DNA from: Candidatus Saccharibacteria bacterium UBA5150
Lineage (GTDB): Bacteria; Patescibacteriota; Saccharimonadia; Saccharimonadales; UBA4665
Assembly (NCBI GenBank): GCA_002413795.1
Contig: DHXS01000009.1
Coordinates: 7,820-71,819, forward strand
Direction: 5' to 3'
DNA: 64,000 nt
The first letter of the stretch is position 1, and each line of letters opens with the position of its first letter. Under the pieces are notes generated by a model, which saw only the letters and a list, made by a program, of their open reading frames with translations, did no database searches and was not told the DNA's origin. The position numbers were made by a program, and so were the translations under genes. This document shows positions 46,635-55,665 of this stretch, one piece after another.

Positions 46635-49600
46635 TCATAAGACCGGGGATAAGCTAGTGATCGAGTCGTAGACGCCGGCCGTCGGGCCGGAGTTCTTATT
46701 TATGGCCGGCTGGGCCAGGTAAATCGCCGGATTAAAGTTAAAGATTTCGCCGGCGCAGTCACCCAGGCTGGTCGTGGTGCTCAGCCCTGCGCCCTCGGTG
46801 CCCTTACTGCAGTCACGGTTGCCCGGAGTCTGGACGTTTTCACCATCCACACTGAACCTTAGCGAGCCGAAGGTACGGTCCAGGTGGACTTTATTGGCTA
46901 TGAAGGCCCCGTTCACCAGTAGCTGGCGGTGACAGGTGCTGTATTTACTGCCGTTATCGAAGCGGCCATTGGCCGAGGCACACGAATCAATATTGCCGCC
47001 ACTGCCGCTAGACGGCTGGGCTACCAGAATGGCATCCAGCCGGCTGACCGCCGGGTCAATGTAGATGTTGCCGCCCTTGGCAATAATGTACACCGAAGGT
47101 ATATCACCGGTTTTAGTCCACGAGCTGTTCTGGAAAACAATGTCGGAGGTTATGTAGGCATTGCCCTTCACGTAAATGGCAATCGCCTTGCCGTCGGCAA
47201 TCAGGCCGCCGTTAATCTTCTGGGACGTGCTGGCCGGCGGCTGGTAATAGGAGGCTTTGTCCAAAGAACTCACGTTAATATCGGCCCCGGACGTGTTTGG
47301 TGTAGCCAGGCTGGCCGGTTTGGTGGCAAAGTAATCCGATATGCAGTGCGTGCCGCCCAGCAGGCCGCCATTATTGGGGGCCGGCAGGCTACTGCCGCTA
47401 ATCCCCTTGGTATTGGAGAACGTTAGCCCTATCGGCGCCAGCGCAAATGGATTGGGATCGGTCGGTTTCTGGGTCCGCAGGTTGGCACTGCTAAAGCCCA
47501 GAATCTGGTTAATCGACAAGGCCCCAAACTGCGTGCCGGAGCCCCGCTTCTTACCATCATAGGTATAGGTGTAAATACTGCCATCGCTGGTACAGGTGCT
47601 ATCCGCGAAACTGCCTCCCGCCGACACATCACTGCCAAAGGCATGGGTGTACGGCTCGTTGACAATGTTCGACGAACAAACTTCCGGCGCGCCGTAGCTG
47701 CCACTCTGTGAGACGTGCACGATGCGACCGTCATAATTATCAACCAGTCCGGTCAGCCAAGATGCCGTCAGATCCATACATATACGGTCGCCTATTCTAA
47801 GCGGCGGAACGCTAACACTTGCCGAATCGGTAGCTTGCGTGCTGGTATTGCCGGATGCCGGTAAAGCAGGTGGAATAACCGTCCCGCCGCCGGATGACTT
47901 GCTATAAAGCGAAACTGCCGAGCCATCTACGCTACGCACAAGGTAGTTGGCCGCCCAATCCATCTCGCGCTGAATAGGCACCCGTACCGGTGCGTTCGGA
48001 TCGGGCGGCGTCCACGGCAAATATCCAGGCTTAGGCGACTCCAGACCATAATTAATGGCTAGGGTGCTGGAGAAATTAACGGTATTGGGATCCTCATTAC
48101 TAGGACTCAACAGGACGTTATTGCCATGCGTACCGCCGGTATCCATATTAAAATTGCGGTTGTAGCACGGGGACAGGTCCTTGGGATGATATATGAACGG
48201 CAAGCCCTGGTTGGGAGTAATGCCGGTAAGGCTCCATGAACCGCCCGTAACATTACCTTCGGCATCGTAAGTGGCGTTATATACCGCATCCCAGCGATAG
48301 TAATATTCGGTGTAGTAGATGGACATGTGGTGCATGTCGTACGGATACTGCTCTATGAAGTCCGTATAGTCCGCCGAAAATGGATTAGGATGCTGCCCTT
48401 TCGGACTCCATTTATCAGACGTTTGCCCAAATTGATCGTAAAAGGCATCTATCTCGTAATTACCGTTTGGTATATAAGCAGTCGCGGTTTGTCCATCGCT
48501 TGGATTGCCCGGCAAGCCGCCTTGTACACCGCTATCGGGTAGATTGAATGCATAGTTGGGATCGGGCATGCTGGGACAACCGATTCCCTGACAACCTGGT
48601 TGCCCTGGTGTGCACGATCCACCACAGGGTATGGTGCCTACATCTCCCGAATCTTGATAGGGGGGCCAAGTAGCCGGATTACTAGGATCACCGCCATTAT
48701 GATAATGCCGCTCTATTACCCAATGCAGGTCGCCCTTGGCATTATAGTTCCAGGTTTTACTGACGCCTTGTCCTAAATGGTATTTATATGCAATGAAGCC
48801 ATTAGCATCGGCGATTGACACATAAGTATTGGTGCTATAGGTTTTCCCGTTAACTGTGTGTGTGCGATCATCGGTGACTGTCATTTGATAACAACCTGGG
48901 GTAGGTCCACCGCAACTTGCTTTCGCAGTATATGGTGGTCCCGTACTCGTTGGAGGTTGCCATTGACCGTTATCATCTTGTAATATCAAATAATAATTTT
49001 TGCCACTTATGCCGTTTGGTATAGTGCCAGAGGCATAGCCAGCCTTGTTAGTGGAACTGTCAACGTCTGTACTGAAGCCGTTGCGAGATGAATTTTGATG
49101 AACAATTTTAAATCGCGTCGGTAAACCAGGATCGTCAGCATCGGATCCGGCGACAATGTAATCAATTTGACCCCCATTGCATTGGAGATTGATACTACCT
49201 TGCGGGTTGCTATTTTTCACCGTGAAGCACTGGGGTTTTGACTGCTTTACGACGTGCGAAGCAACGACATTTTCCTCGTGAGGGTTCCAGCCATTAGGAT
49301 CGTAGTCTGGGAAGTATTTAATATTGCGCGTAAACCTTACTGACACATTCAGCCTGGCACAAAAACCCCCTTCCACTGACTTAGGTAAGTTCAAGTCAAA
49401 AGAATAACCATTGGAGCTATTTGTAGCATTTTCCCAATAAACCATCTGGCCCTGTTTAAGGCAGTCCTCTACTCCATTGACATGGTCGTTTGGATTGTAT
49501 GCTATCGGGCTTGAATTGTCTCCGTTTTTTATTTTCGAATCATCATAACTGGACCCAGTACCGATATCTCTATAGTTATAGACTGTGCCGAAGGTTTTGT

Positions 49601-50087
49601 TTCCGTCTCCTGGGCAAGTAGAGGCATGCCCATGATCTGAGCCCCCTGGCTCATTTATATGCTGAATATTGTTAAAGTTTTGCGGCTCTTGACTGCCATT
49701 AGGCGAGCCCAAAAGTTGGGGTTCACCGTCTATGGTAACCCATACTAGTACTTCTGTATTCTGTCGATTATTATTTTTAGGCCCACCAGTAGTCGAATTA
49801 TATCCTCCTGTAAAATGTATAGTGCTACCAATATTACGAATAGTCTGGCCATATGCGGTTCCGTACTTACCACTATCTTGATCTTGACCAACTAAGTTAA
49901 TATTATCTGTGTATGCGGGATCGGATCCGCACAAAAAACTGTAAGGGAAGTTGTCAACGTCATTTGGCTTTGAGCCTCCCTGACAAACAGACCCAAACCC
50001 ACGAGTTGCGTATGTAGTGCTATGGCTTAAAGAAAAAAGGCCAAGGAGCGCAAGTAAACCAACCACCACCAAATATATTTTTTTCAT
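46635..50087 (-). CDS. Large secreted/surface protein (candidate pilus-associated adhesin)
   Basis: Signal peptide; Gly/Asn/Ser/Cys-rich; C-terminus ...QLLVNGAFIA...GEIFNFNP...SLSPVL. Confidence 0.75.
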   Translation of the reverse strand: MKKIYLVVVGLLALLGLFSLSHSTTYATRGFGSVCQGGSKPNDVDNFPYSFLCGSDPAYTDNINLVGQDQDSGKYGTAYGQTIRNIGSTIHFTGGYNSTTGGPKNNNRQNTEVLVWVTIDGEPQLLGSPNGSQEPQNFNNIQHINEPGGSDHGHASTCPGDGNKTFGTVYNYRDIGTGSSYDDSKIKNGDNSSPIAYNPNDHVNGVEDCLKQGQMVYWENATNSSNGYSFDLNLPKSVEGGFCARLNVSVRFTRNIKYFPDYDPNGWNPHEENVVASHVVKQSKPQCFTVKNSNPQGSINLQCNGGQIDYIVAGSDADDPGLPTRFKIVHQNSSRNGFSTDVDSSTNKAGYASGTIPNGISGKNYYLILQDDNGQWQPPTSTGPPYTAKASCGGPTPGCYQMTVTDDRTHTVNGKTYSTNTYVSIADANGFIAYKYHLGQGVSKTWNYNAKGDLHWVIERHYHNGGDPSNPATWPPYQDSGDVGTIPCGGSCTPGQPGCQGIGCPSMPDPNYAFNLPDSGVQGGLPGNPSDGQTATAYIPNGNYEIDAFYDQFGQTSDKWSPKGQHPNPFSADYTDFIEQYPYDMHHMSIYYTEYYYRWDAVYNATYDAEGNVTGGSWSLTGITPNQGLPFIYHPKDLSPCYNRNFNMDTGGTHGNNVLLSPSNEDPNTVNFSSTLAINYGLESPKPGYLPWTPPDPNAPVRVPIQREMDWAANYLVRSVDGSAVSLYSKSSGGGTVIPPALPASGNTSTQATDSASVSVPPLRIGDRICMDLTASWLTGLVDNYDGRIVHVSQSGSYGAPEVCSSNIVNEPYTHAFGSDVSAGGSFADSTCTSDGSIYTYTYDGKKRGSGTQFGALSINQILGFSSANLRTQKPTDPNPFALAPIGLTFSNTKGISGSSLPAPNNGGLLGGTHCISDYFATKPASLATPNTSGADINVSSLDKASYYQPPASTSQKINGGLIADGKAIAIYVKGNAYITSDIVFQNSSWTKTGDIPSVYIIAKGGNIYIDPAVSRLDAILVAQPSSGSGGNIDSCASANGRFDNGSKYSTCHRQLLVNGAFIANKVHLDRTFGSLRFSVDGENVQTPGNRDCSKGTEGAGLSTTTSLGDCAGEIFNFNPAIYLAQPAINKNSGPTAGVYDSITSLSPVL

Positions 50088-50170
50088 AAAACAATGTCGT
50101 TTATGCTTTTAAGCATACACAACTGTTGGTATAGGTGTAAATAGTAATAGGGGCTTGCTTTACTTCTGGC

Positions 50171-50755
50171 TTATACGGGTTTGGCGTATACAGCAAACTC
50201 TGTTGCTGCTTTAGGAGCGGTAATGTCCATATTATCTCGATAATGTCCTGCGGTTCGAGTATGGCTCGTAGGCTTAGGGAAATAGAAATGATGATCGTTC
50301 GTAATCTTCATTATTGCGCATAATTTAGCACGCTTAAGATGATAACTATAATCGACAAGGCTAGGTGCGTATTCTGTTACATCAATAGCTATACCGTGGC
50401 TTCCCTTGCGTTTGTAACCCGAGGTCTTACGATGCTTATAGCCAGGTATACCTAGGGAAGTTCCTAATACAATCGGACAGCTTCTGCTTAACTCTTTCTC
50501 TTTTTTTATTACATTCGGGTCAGTTGCAGTATGTTGGTTGTCGCTCGATAACTTACGGGGTGCTTCGGGGGACATAAATGAGCTGGCAGTGTGGCCAGGC
50601 ATGGCTTCTGCGGAAACAGTTGCGGCTTTAGCGATACCTAAAGTCGCTATAACGGCACCCCCGATAGCCAGAGCTTTATTCAAAGTTAAAAACCGACTCT
50701 GCTCTTCTGGAGCAGCTTCAATTGTGGATGCTGGGGCGTACTCTGGAGGGGTCAT
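50171..50755 (-). CDS. Hypothetical exported protein
   Basis: Hydrophobic segment followed by a basic domain with a Cys pair. Confidence 0.55.
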   Translation of the reverse strand: MTPPEYAPASTIEAAPEEQSRFLTLNKALAIGGAVIATLGIAKAATVSAEAMPGHTASSFMSPEAPRKLSSDNQHTATDPNVIKKEKELSRSCPIVLGTSLGIPGYKHRKTSGYKRKGSHGIAIDVTEYAPSLVDYSYHLKRAKLCAIMKITNDHHFYFPKPTSHTRTAGHYRDNMDITAPKAATEFAVYAKPV

Positions 50756-50837
50756 GGAACCCGCCTCGTTTACATAATTACAAGGCAATAGTACCACGCA
50801 ATGTCAATAAAAGCAAGGTGCTTATGGAATTACTACG

Positions 50838-51209
50838 TTAAGCTGTAACCGGATCAAATAAACGAAGATTTGGTATCTTTTCAAAATCCTCAGTATTGTG
50901 TGTCCATAAGGTAAGGTCGTTAACCAGTGCTGTGGCGGCAATGATTGAGTCAGGCAGTTCGGCGTTCACCGTTCGTCGAATCTCAATGACTTTACCTGTA
51001 ATTGCATCGTCAAATAGATGATTCTTCATGGTGACAAATAAATCTTCAAAATACTGTGCATCGGTGTTGTCTATATCCTTATAGCCAAGCACCTCGGCAA
51101 TGACAATATTACAGGTATGCAGTCTTGCATCATGTAATTGGGCAGCAATTTTCTCGCCTAGCTCAGGATCACGAAGATAAATCAGTATATTACTATCCAG
51201 CAGGGTCAA
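50838..51209 (-). CDS. vapC: PIN-domain toxin (VapC family)
   Basis: LLDSNILI, E, PDSIIAATAL, THNTEDF. Confidence 0.9.
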   Translation of the reverse strand: MTLLDSNILIYLRDPELGEKIAAQLHDARLHTCNIVIAEVLGYKDIDNTDAQYFEDLFVTMKNHLFDDAITGKVIEIRRTVNAELPDSIIAATALVNDLTLWTHNTEDFEKIPNLRLFDPVTA

Positions 51210-51460
51210 GGCTTTATTTCTTTCCGCGGGTCACTCCATAAGCGCTGTTTGCGTTGCCAGTCTACGGGATTGGCTATGCCCTTAATAGCTCCAGACTTTT
51301 TACCATAACTAACGAGAGCGGCTAGAGCCTGCCGTTGTTTATCAAGAGGCTCTTCTATAGTAACTTTGTCGCCCAGCTTGAGGTTATTATCATCAATGTA
51401 GCGCTTCGGTACACGAAGTGCGTATGAATTGCCTGTTTTGGTAACAATGCCTTGTGTCAT
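51206..51460 (-). CDS. vapB: AbrB/MazE-type antitoxin (VapB)
   Basis: KTGNSYALRVPK...LKLGDKV; 4-bp overlap with the toxin gene. Confidence 0.85.
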   Translation of the reverse strand: MTQGIVTKTGNSYALRVPKRYIDDNNLKLGDKVTIEEPLDKQRQALAALVSYGKKSGAIKGIANPVDWQRKQRLWSDPRKEIKP

Positions 51461-51522
51461 ACGTTCAATTGTACTTACACGTACTAACAAAGTCAAGCGC
51501 TTGTGGTTATCCTTGTGCATAT

Positions 51523-52827
51523 CTAAGCCATGCACTGCGGGTTGGTTTCGCTCATCCAGAGCGGCGGCACAAAAAATGGCACGCCGGGTTTGCCGTAGCG
51601 GTTTATCAGCGCGGTGTTCCATTCTTCGTTCACATTAGAGTCCAGCTGGTATAGTGACAGTCTTTTAATATTTGGATCGGCGCATACGTTACTAAGGACT
51701 GCTGTCAAAAGTCTTGCCCAGTTAGCGGCCGATATGATACCGGCCTGCATGCCGTACTCATCTATTAAAACGCCCGGCTTCTGGTTAGCCGTGGTGGCCA
51801 GCAGACCATTCTTATAGGCCGCCGTAATGAATGACTCGTAGGTCGCCAAAGAATCAATGCCGATTTCAGGAGCGGTCGGCGGCAATTGAAGATTTAGCGG
51901 CGGCAAGGGGCCGTCGCCCCAATCTTTAAAGCGTTTGTAGGGGTGAATGGCGATACCGTCTGCCGGTAGCGGAGTGCAGTGCGGGCCTTCTTTTGGCGGG
52001 CATTCCAGCACCTGTTGCTCAAAAACCAGCGGCGAGTCCGAAGAACTTAGTTCGCCCTGCACTACTTCGTCGTTCGGGTTGACTGCCTTAATGGCGTTGT
52101 AGGCGGCTATGTGCATGGCGCGTTCGGTTTGCGGCAGGCTTTTGCTCGGTAAAGCTTGCAGCCATTTATCTTCTACGTTATTCGGTTCATTGCATGAAGT
52201 AAGTTCGCTTACCAGCCCGTCATAACGCCGCGCTACCCGGCCCGCGAAACTGCCGTATTGGTCAGCCGATTCCCATTGGCGATGATTGCAGGCCAGTGTT
52301 ACTTCTACTTTGTAGCCACAATCCACGGCGGCCTTTATGGCCGTGGTGGAATTTGTTCGGAAAGCCGGGTCACTATATCGGTCAGGATAGATTATAAACC
52401 TCTGCCACTTGGCGCCAAGACCGCGGCCCAGCATCAGCAACGCCTCACGGCGGCCCTGGTTGTTTAAAACAATGCCGCCATCGTCCTCAACACCCAGCTC
52501 CAGGTGCGGTGCGGTAGTTTCGGTAGATGTGTCGCTGATATGGCTATTTACAATTTGCCGGGCTAGATAGTGATTATCCGAGCCCGATTGGTAATGCTTC
52601 AATTGATTCAGCCCGCTGGGAGTGACGCAAGAGGGCGGCAACGATGTGACTGCCTCGGGTTGAGGTAACAGACTGACAGCCGGCGGCAAAGCACCGGGTG
52701 CGGCCGGGGTTTCGGCGCTGGCTGTGCTGGGGTTTGGGCCCATTAAGGCGATCGTGGACAGGCCGGCTATTAGCAGTCGGCGAGCGGCGCTCGAACCGTG
52801 AGGGAGTTCCGGGCCATGTTCAATCAT
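51523..52827 (-). CDS. Exported glycoside hydrolase-like protein (clan GH-A TIM barrel)
   Basis: Signal-like segment; NEP acid/base, HPY, and DEYG nucleophile motifs. Confidence 0.7.
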   Translation of the reverse strand: MIEHGPELPHGSSAARRLLIAGLSTIALMGPNPSTASAETPAAPGALPPAVSLLPQPEAVTSLPPSCVTPSGLNQLKHYQSGSDNHYLARQIVNSHISDTSTETTAPHLELGVEDDGGIVLNNQGRREALLMLGRGLGAKWQRFIIYPDRYSDPAFRTNSTTAIKAAVDCGYKVEVTLACNHRQWESADQYGSFAGRVARRYDGLVSELTSCNEPNNVEDKWLQALPSKSLPQTERAMHIAAYNAIKAVNPNDEVVQGELSSSDSPLVFEQQVLECPPKEGPHCTPLPADGIAIHPYKRFKDWGDGPLPPLNLQLPPTAPEIGIDSLATYESFITAAYKNGLLATTANQKPGVLIDEYGMQAGIISAANWARLLTAVLSNVCADPNIKRLSLYQLDSNVNEEWNTALINRYGKPGVPFFVPPLWMSETNPQCMA

Positions 52828-52911
52828 GTTGTGGCTACTACCTGCCCACCGTTAACTTAGTCGTGAAAATACGACCTCATCATAGCATGCCGCGCCACAG
52901 TTACAAGCAGA

Positions 52912-54375
52912 TTATACGGGGACGGCGGCTTCGCCGTGGCTGGGGTCGGCTTTAACTTTTTGGTTCTTGATGACCAGCAGGCCGATTAGCGAGGCGGTGG
53001 CGGCAAAGCACGAGGCAATTAAGTAACCGTCGTGGAAGCCCTGGACGGTGGCGGCGGCGATCTGGTGGTGGGTCGGCGCAGCCTGCAGGTGCAGGTTAGC
53101 AATATATTTAGTGCTGGCCGAGACGGCAATTCCGGTCAGCACGGCCAGGCCGGTGGCGCCGCCGATTTGTTGGGCGGTGTTCAATATACCGGAAGCCAGG
53201 CCTGACTCGTGGTGCGGCACGCCCGAGGTAGCGGCGATGGTAACACTAACGAAAGTCGCGCCCATGCCCAGCGCCATGACCATCATGCCGGGCGCCACGT
53301 TGCCCCAAAAGGTACCGTCAACCGGGATGTGCGACAGCCAAAACAGGCCGCTGGAAACGATTAATGGCGCCACAACCAGAATGGGCTTGTAGCCGATCTT
53401 TTGGATTAGGCGCGGGATGTTGGTGGCCGTGATGCCGATGATGGCCGGAATAACCAGGAAGCTAAAGCCGGTCTTAACAGGTGTGAAACCCAGCACCTGC
53501 TGTAAGTAGAGCGTGGTGAAGAAAAAGACCGAAAACATGCCGGCCGTCATAAAAAACATCAGGCTATCGGCGCCCGACAGGTTGCGGATCTTGAAGATGT
53601 GCAGCGGCATCAGCGGATGCTTGGCGCGCTTTTCGTTGATTATGAAGCCGGCCAGAGCGGCGGCGCTGATAGCAAAGTAAAGCAGTGTGCTGTGGGCCGT
53701 CCAGCCGTGCGTGGGCGCCTTAACCAGGGCGTAAACCAGCATCATCAGGCCGCCCGTACCCAGCACAGCACCGGGTAGGTCAAGGTTATTGTGCTCGAGT
53801 GTCGATTCGTGGCGGTCCAGGATGCGCAGGGCCGTAATTATAACGAATATCCCGACCGGGAGGTTCACAAAGAAGTTCCAGCGCCAGTTTAGGTATTGAG
53901 TCAGAATGCCCCCGGCCAGCACGCCCACAGCCGCGCCGCCGGCCGCCACGGCGCCCCAAACACTCAGAGCCACGTTACGTTCGTGGCCTTCTTTATAAGT
54001 CACCAGGATGATCGACAACGCCGCCGGCGACATAAAGGCCCCGGCCAGACCTTGCATAGCCCGGAATAAAATAATCATGCCGCCGGACTGGCTGACCCCG
54101 CTGCCTAGTGAAGCGATGGTGAACAGCACTACCCCGCCCAGGAATATCTTACGCCGGCCGAACAGATCGGCCGCCCGGCCGCCCAGCAGTAAAAAGCCGC
54201 CAAATGCCAACGTATATATGGTCACGATCCACTGCAGGCTGGTCTGCGACATGCTAAAAGTCCGCTGGATTGAAGGCAAGGCCACGTTAACAATCGAAAT
54301 GTCGAGCACCACCATGAACTGCGCCAGGGCTACCAGGATTAAAATCAACCAGTGGTTGGTCTGTTTCTTCGCCAT
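52912..54375 (-). CDS. MFS drug/H+ antiporter (DHA2, 14 TM)
   Basis: FMVVLDISIVNVALP, GRAADLFGRR, WRWNFFVNLP. Confidence 0.93.
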   Translation of the reverse strand: MAKKQTNHWLILILVALAQFMVVLDISIVNVALPSIQRTFSMSQTSLQWIVTIYTLAFGGFLLLGGRAADLFGRRKIFLGGVVLFTIASLGSGVSQSGGMIILFRAMQGLAGAFMSPAALSIILVTYKEGHERNVALSVWGAVAAGGAAVGVLAGGILTQYLNWRWNFFVNLPVGIFVIITALRILDRHESTLEHNNLDLPGAVLGTGGLMMLVYALVKAPTHGWTAHSTLLYFAISAAALAGFIINEKRAKHPLMPLHIFKIRNLSGADSLMFFMTAGMFSVFFFTTLYLQQVLGFTPVKTGFSFLVIPAIIGITATNIPRLIQKIGYKPILVVAPLIVSSGLFWLSHIPVDGTFWGNVAPGMMVMALGMGATFVSVTIAATSGVPHHESGLASGILNTAQQIGGATGLAVLTGIAVSASTKYIANLHLQAAPTHHQIAAATVQGFHDGYLIASCFAATASLIGLLVIKNQKVKADPSHGEAAVPV

Positions 54376-54442
54376 ATTACTATACATAGTAAAGTAAAGC
54401 CCCCTAGCCTGTCAAACCGGCAGTGTCTGCTCTGTTAATAAC

Positions 54443-54709
54443 CTATTTATACAGTTGGCTGTGCGTGCCGCAAGCCACGAACCAAGCCACCGCACCATTA
54501 TCAGTGAGTTCAAAATGAGCTCGCCAGTCACCGCCAAAGGCAATAGACCGATAGCCGTTCCATTCGCCCGTCAATTGGTGATTGTACAAGTCGGGGTGCT
54601 GGGGTTCCTCTTGAAATAGCTCCATGGCTGCCCGAAGTCGCTTTTTTTGGGCCGGCTTCAGCTTTGCCGCCTGTTTGACGAAGTCCTTATGAAGCTTGAT
54701 GATTATCAT
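54443..54709 (-). CDS. RelE/YafQ family mRNA interferase toxin
   Basis: NHQLTGEWNGYRSI...DWRA...GTHSQLY. Confidence 0.88.
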   Translation of the reverse strand: MIIIKLHKDFVKQAAKLKPAQKKRLRAAMELFQEEPQHPDLYNHQLTGEWNGYRSIAFGGDWRAHFELTDNGAVAWFVACGTHSQLYK

Positions 54710-54981
54710 ATGGTCTTGAAGAAGTCTTCTAGTTCGGCCTTGTTTTTGACTGTTGTGTAGTTACGACCTGCTTTGCGATCGGCGCGGGCCTTGCGCATAA
54801 TCTTTTCGAGGTAAGGCGTAGGTTCAAGTGTGGGTGATAGCACCACACGACCCTCCCGCACAGCCTGTTTTAGAATGACCGTTACAAAGGCACTAACAGA
54901 TAAGCCAACGGAGCTAGCAAAGTCCGCTATCTCTTTTTTGGTTTTATCGTCGGTTCTGATACTTAATAATGCGTTGCTCAT
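54706..54981 (-). CDS. RelB/DinJ family antitoxin
   Basis: SIRTD..TKKE......GLSVS; ATGA overlap with the toxin gene. Confidence 0.85.
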   Translation of the reverse strand: MSNALLSIRTDDKTKKEIADFASSVGLSVSAFVTVILKQAVREGRVVLSPTLEPTPYLEKIMRKARADRKAGRNYTTVKNKAELEDFFKTI

Positions 54982-55064
54982 AATGTTTACATTGTATAGC
55001 AAACGTAATCACCTTGTCAATGCACCACCATGAATTGCGCCGAACCCCAATCTGCTATGATTGA

Positions 55065-55661
55065 TTGGTGATACGAGCTATTTTCTTTGATTTTTACGGT
55101 GTCTGGACCCCGGATTTATTTTCGGAGTATCTGGCCGAAGCCGAGCGGCACGGCCCGGAAGCCGTAACCGAATTGCGAGCTGTTGTTGAGCAGTATTTTC
55201 GTGGCCAGGCCGGGCCCCAGGAAGTAGCCCAGGCCTTCCGCTATAGATTGGGCCGCCCCGACATCGACAGTCGCCAATTCACCCTGCGCGAACAGGACAT
55301 CTACCCGGCGATTGTTGAATTCATGCGCGGCCTGCACGGCCACTTCTTGAAAGTAGGTGTGCTGGCTAACCTGGGCCCCCAGGAATACAAAATGCTCTCC
55401 AGCTTCAATCAGCACGACCAGGTGTTCGAGGCCATTGCCGGCCCCCTGCCTTTTAAGCTGGACGCGCCCCTGCTCAGTCAGGACGTCTTCGCGCAAGCGC
55501 TGCAAGCTATAGGCGAACCGCCCCCCTCCTGTCTGGTAGTATCGGGCAGTAACGAATATCTGAGCTTTGCCCAAGGCCTGGGCATGACCACCCTGGCTTA
55601 CGAAGGCTTCCCTAAATTACAGCAGTACCTGAACGATCTGTTAGCCAGCGAAGCGGCTTAA
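55065..55661 (+). CDS. HAD-superfamily protein, possibly inactive
   Basis: IRAIFFDFYGV, GVLAN, GMTT; motif IV acidic residues absent. Confidence 0.7.
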   Translation: MVIRAIFFDFYGVWTPDLFSEYLAEAERHGPEAVTELRAVVEQYFRGQAGPQEVAQAFRYRLGRPDIDSRQFTLREQDIYPAIVEFMRGLHGHFLKVGVLANLGPQEYKMLSSFNQHDQVFEAIAGPLPFKLDAPLLSQDVFAQALQAIGEPPPSCLVVSGSNEYLSFAQGLGMTTLAYEGFPKLQQYLNDLLASEAA

Positions 55662-55665
55662 CGGC

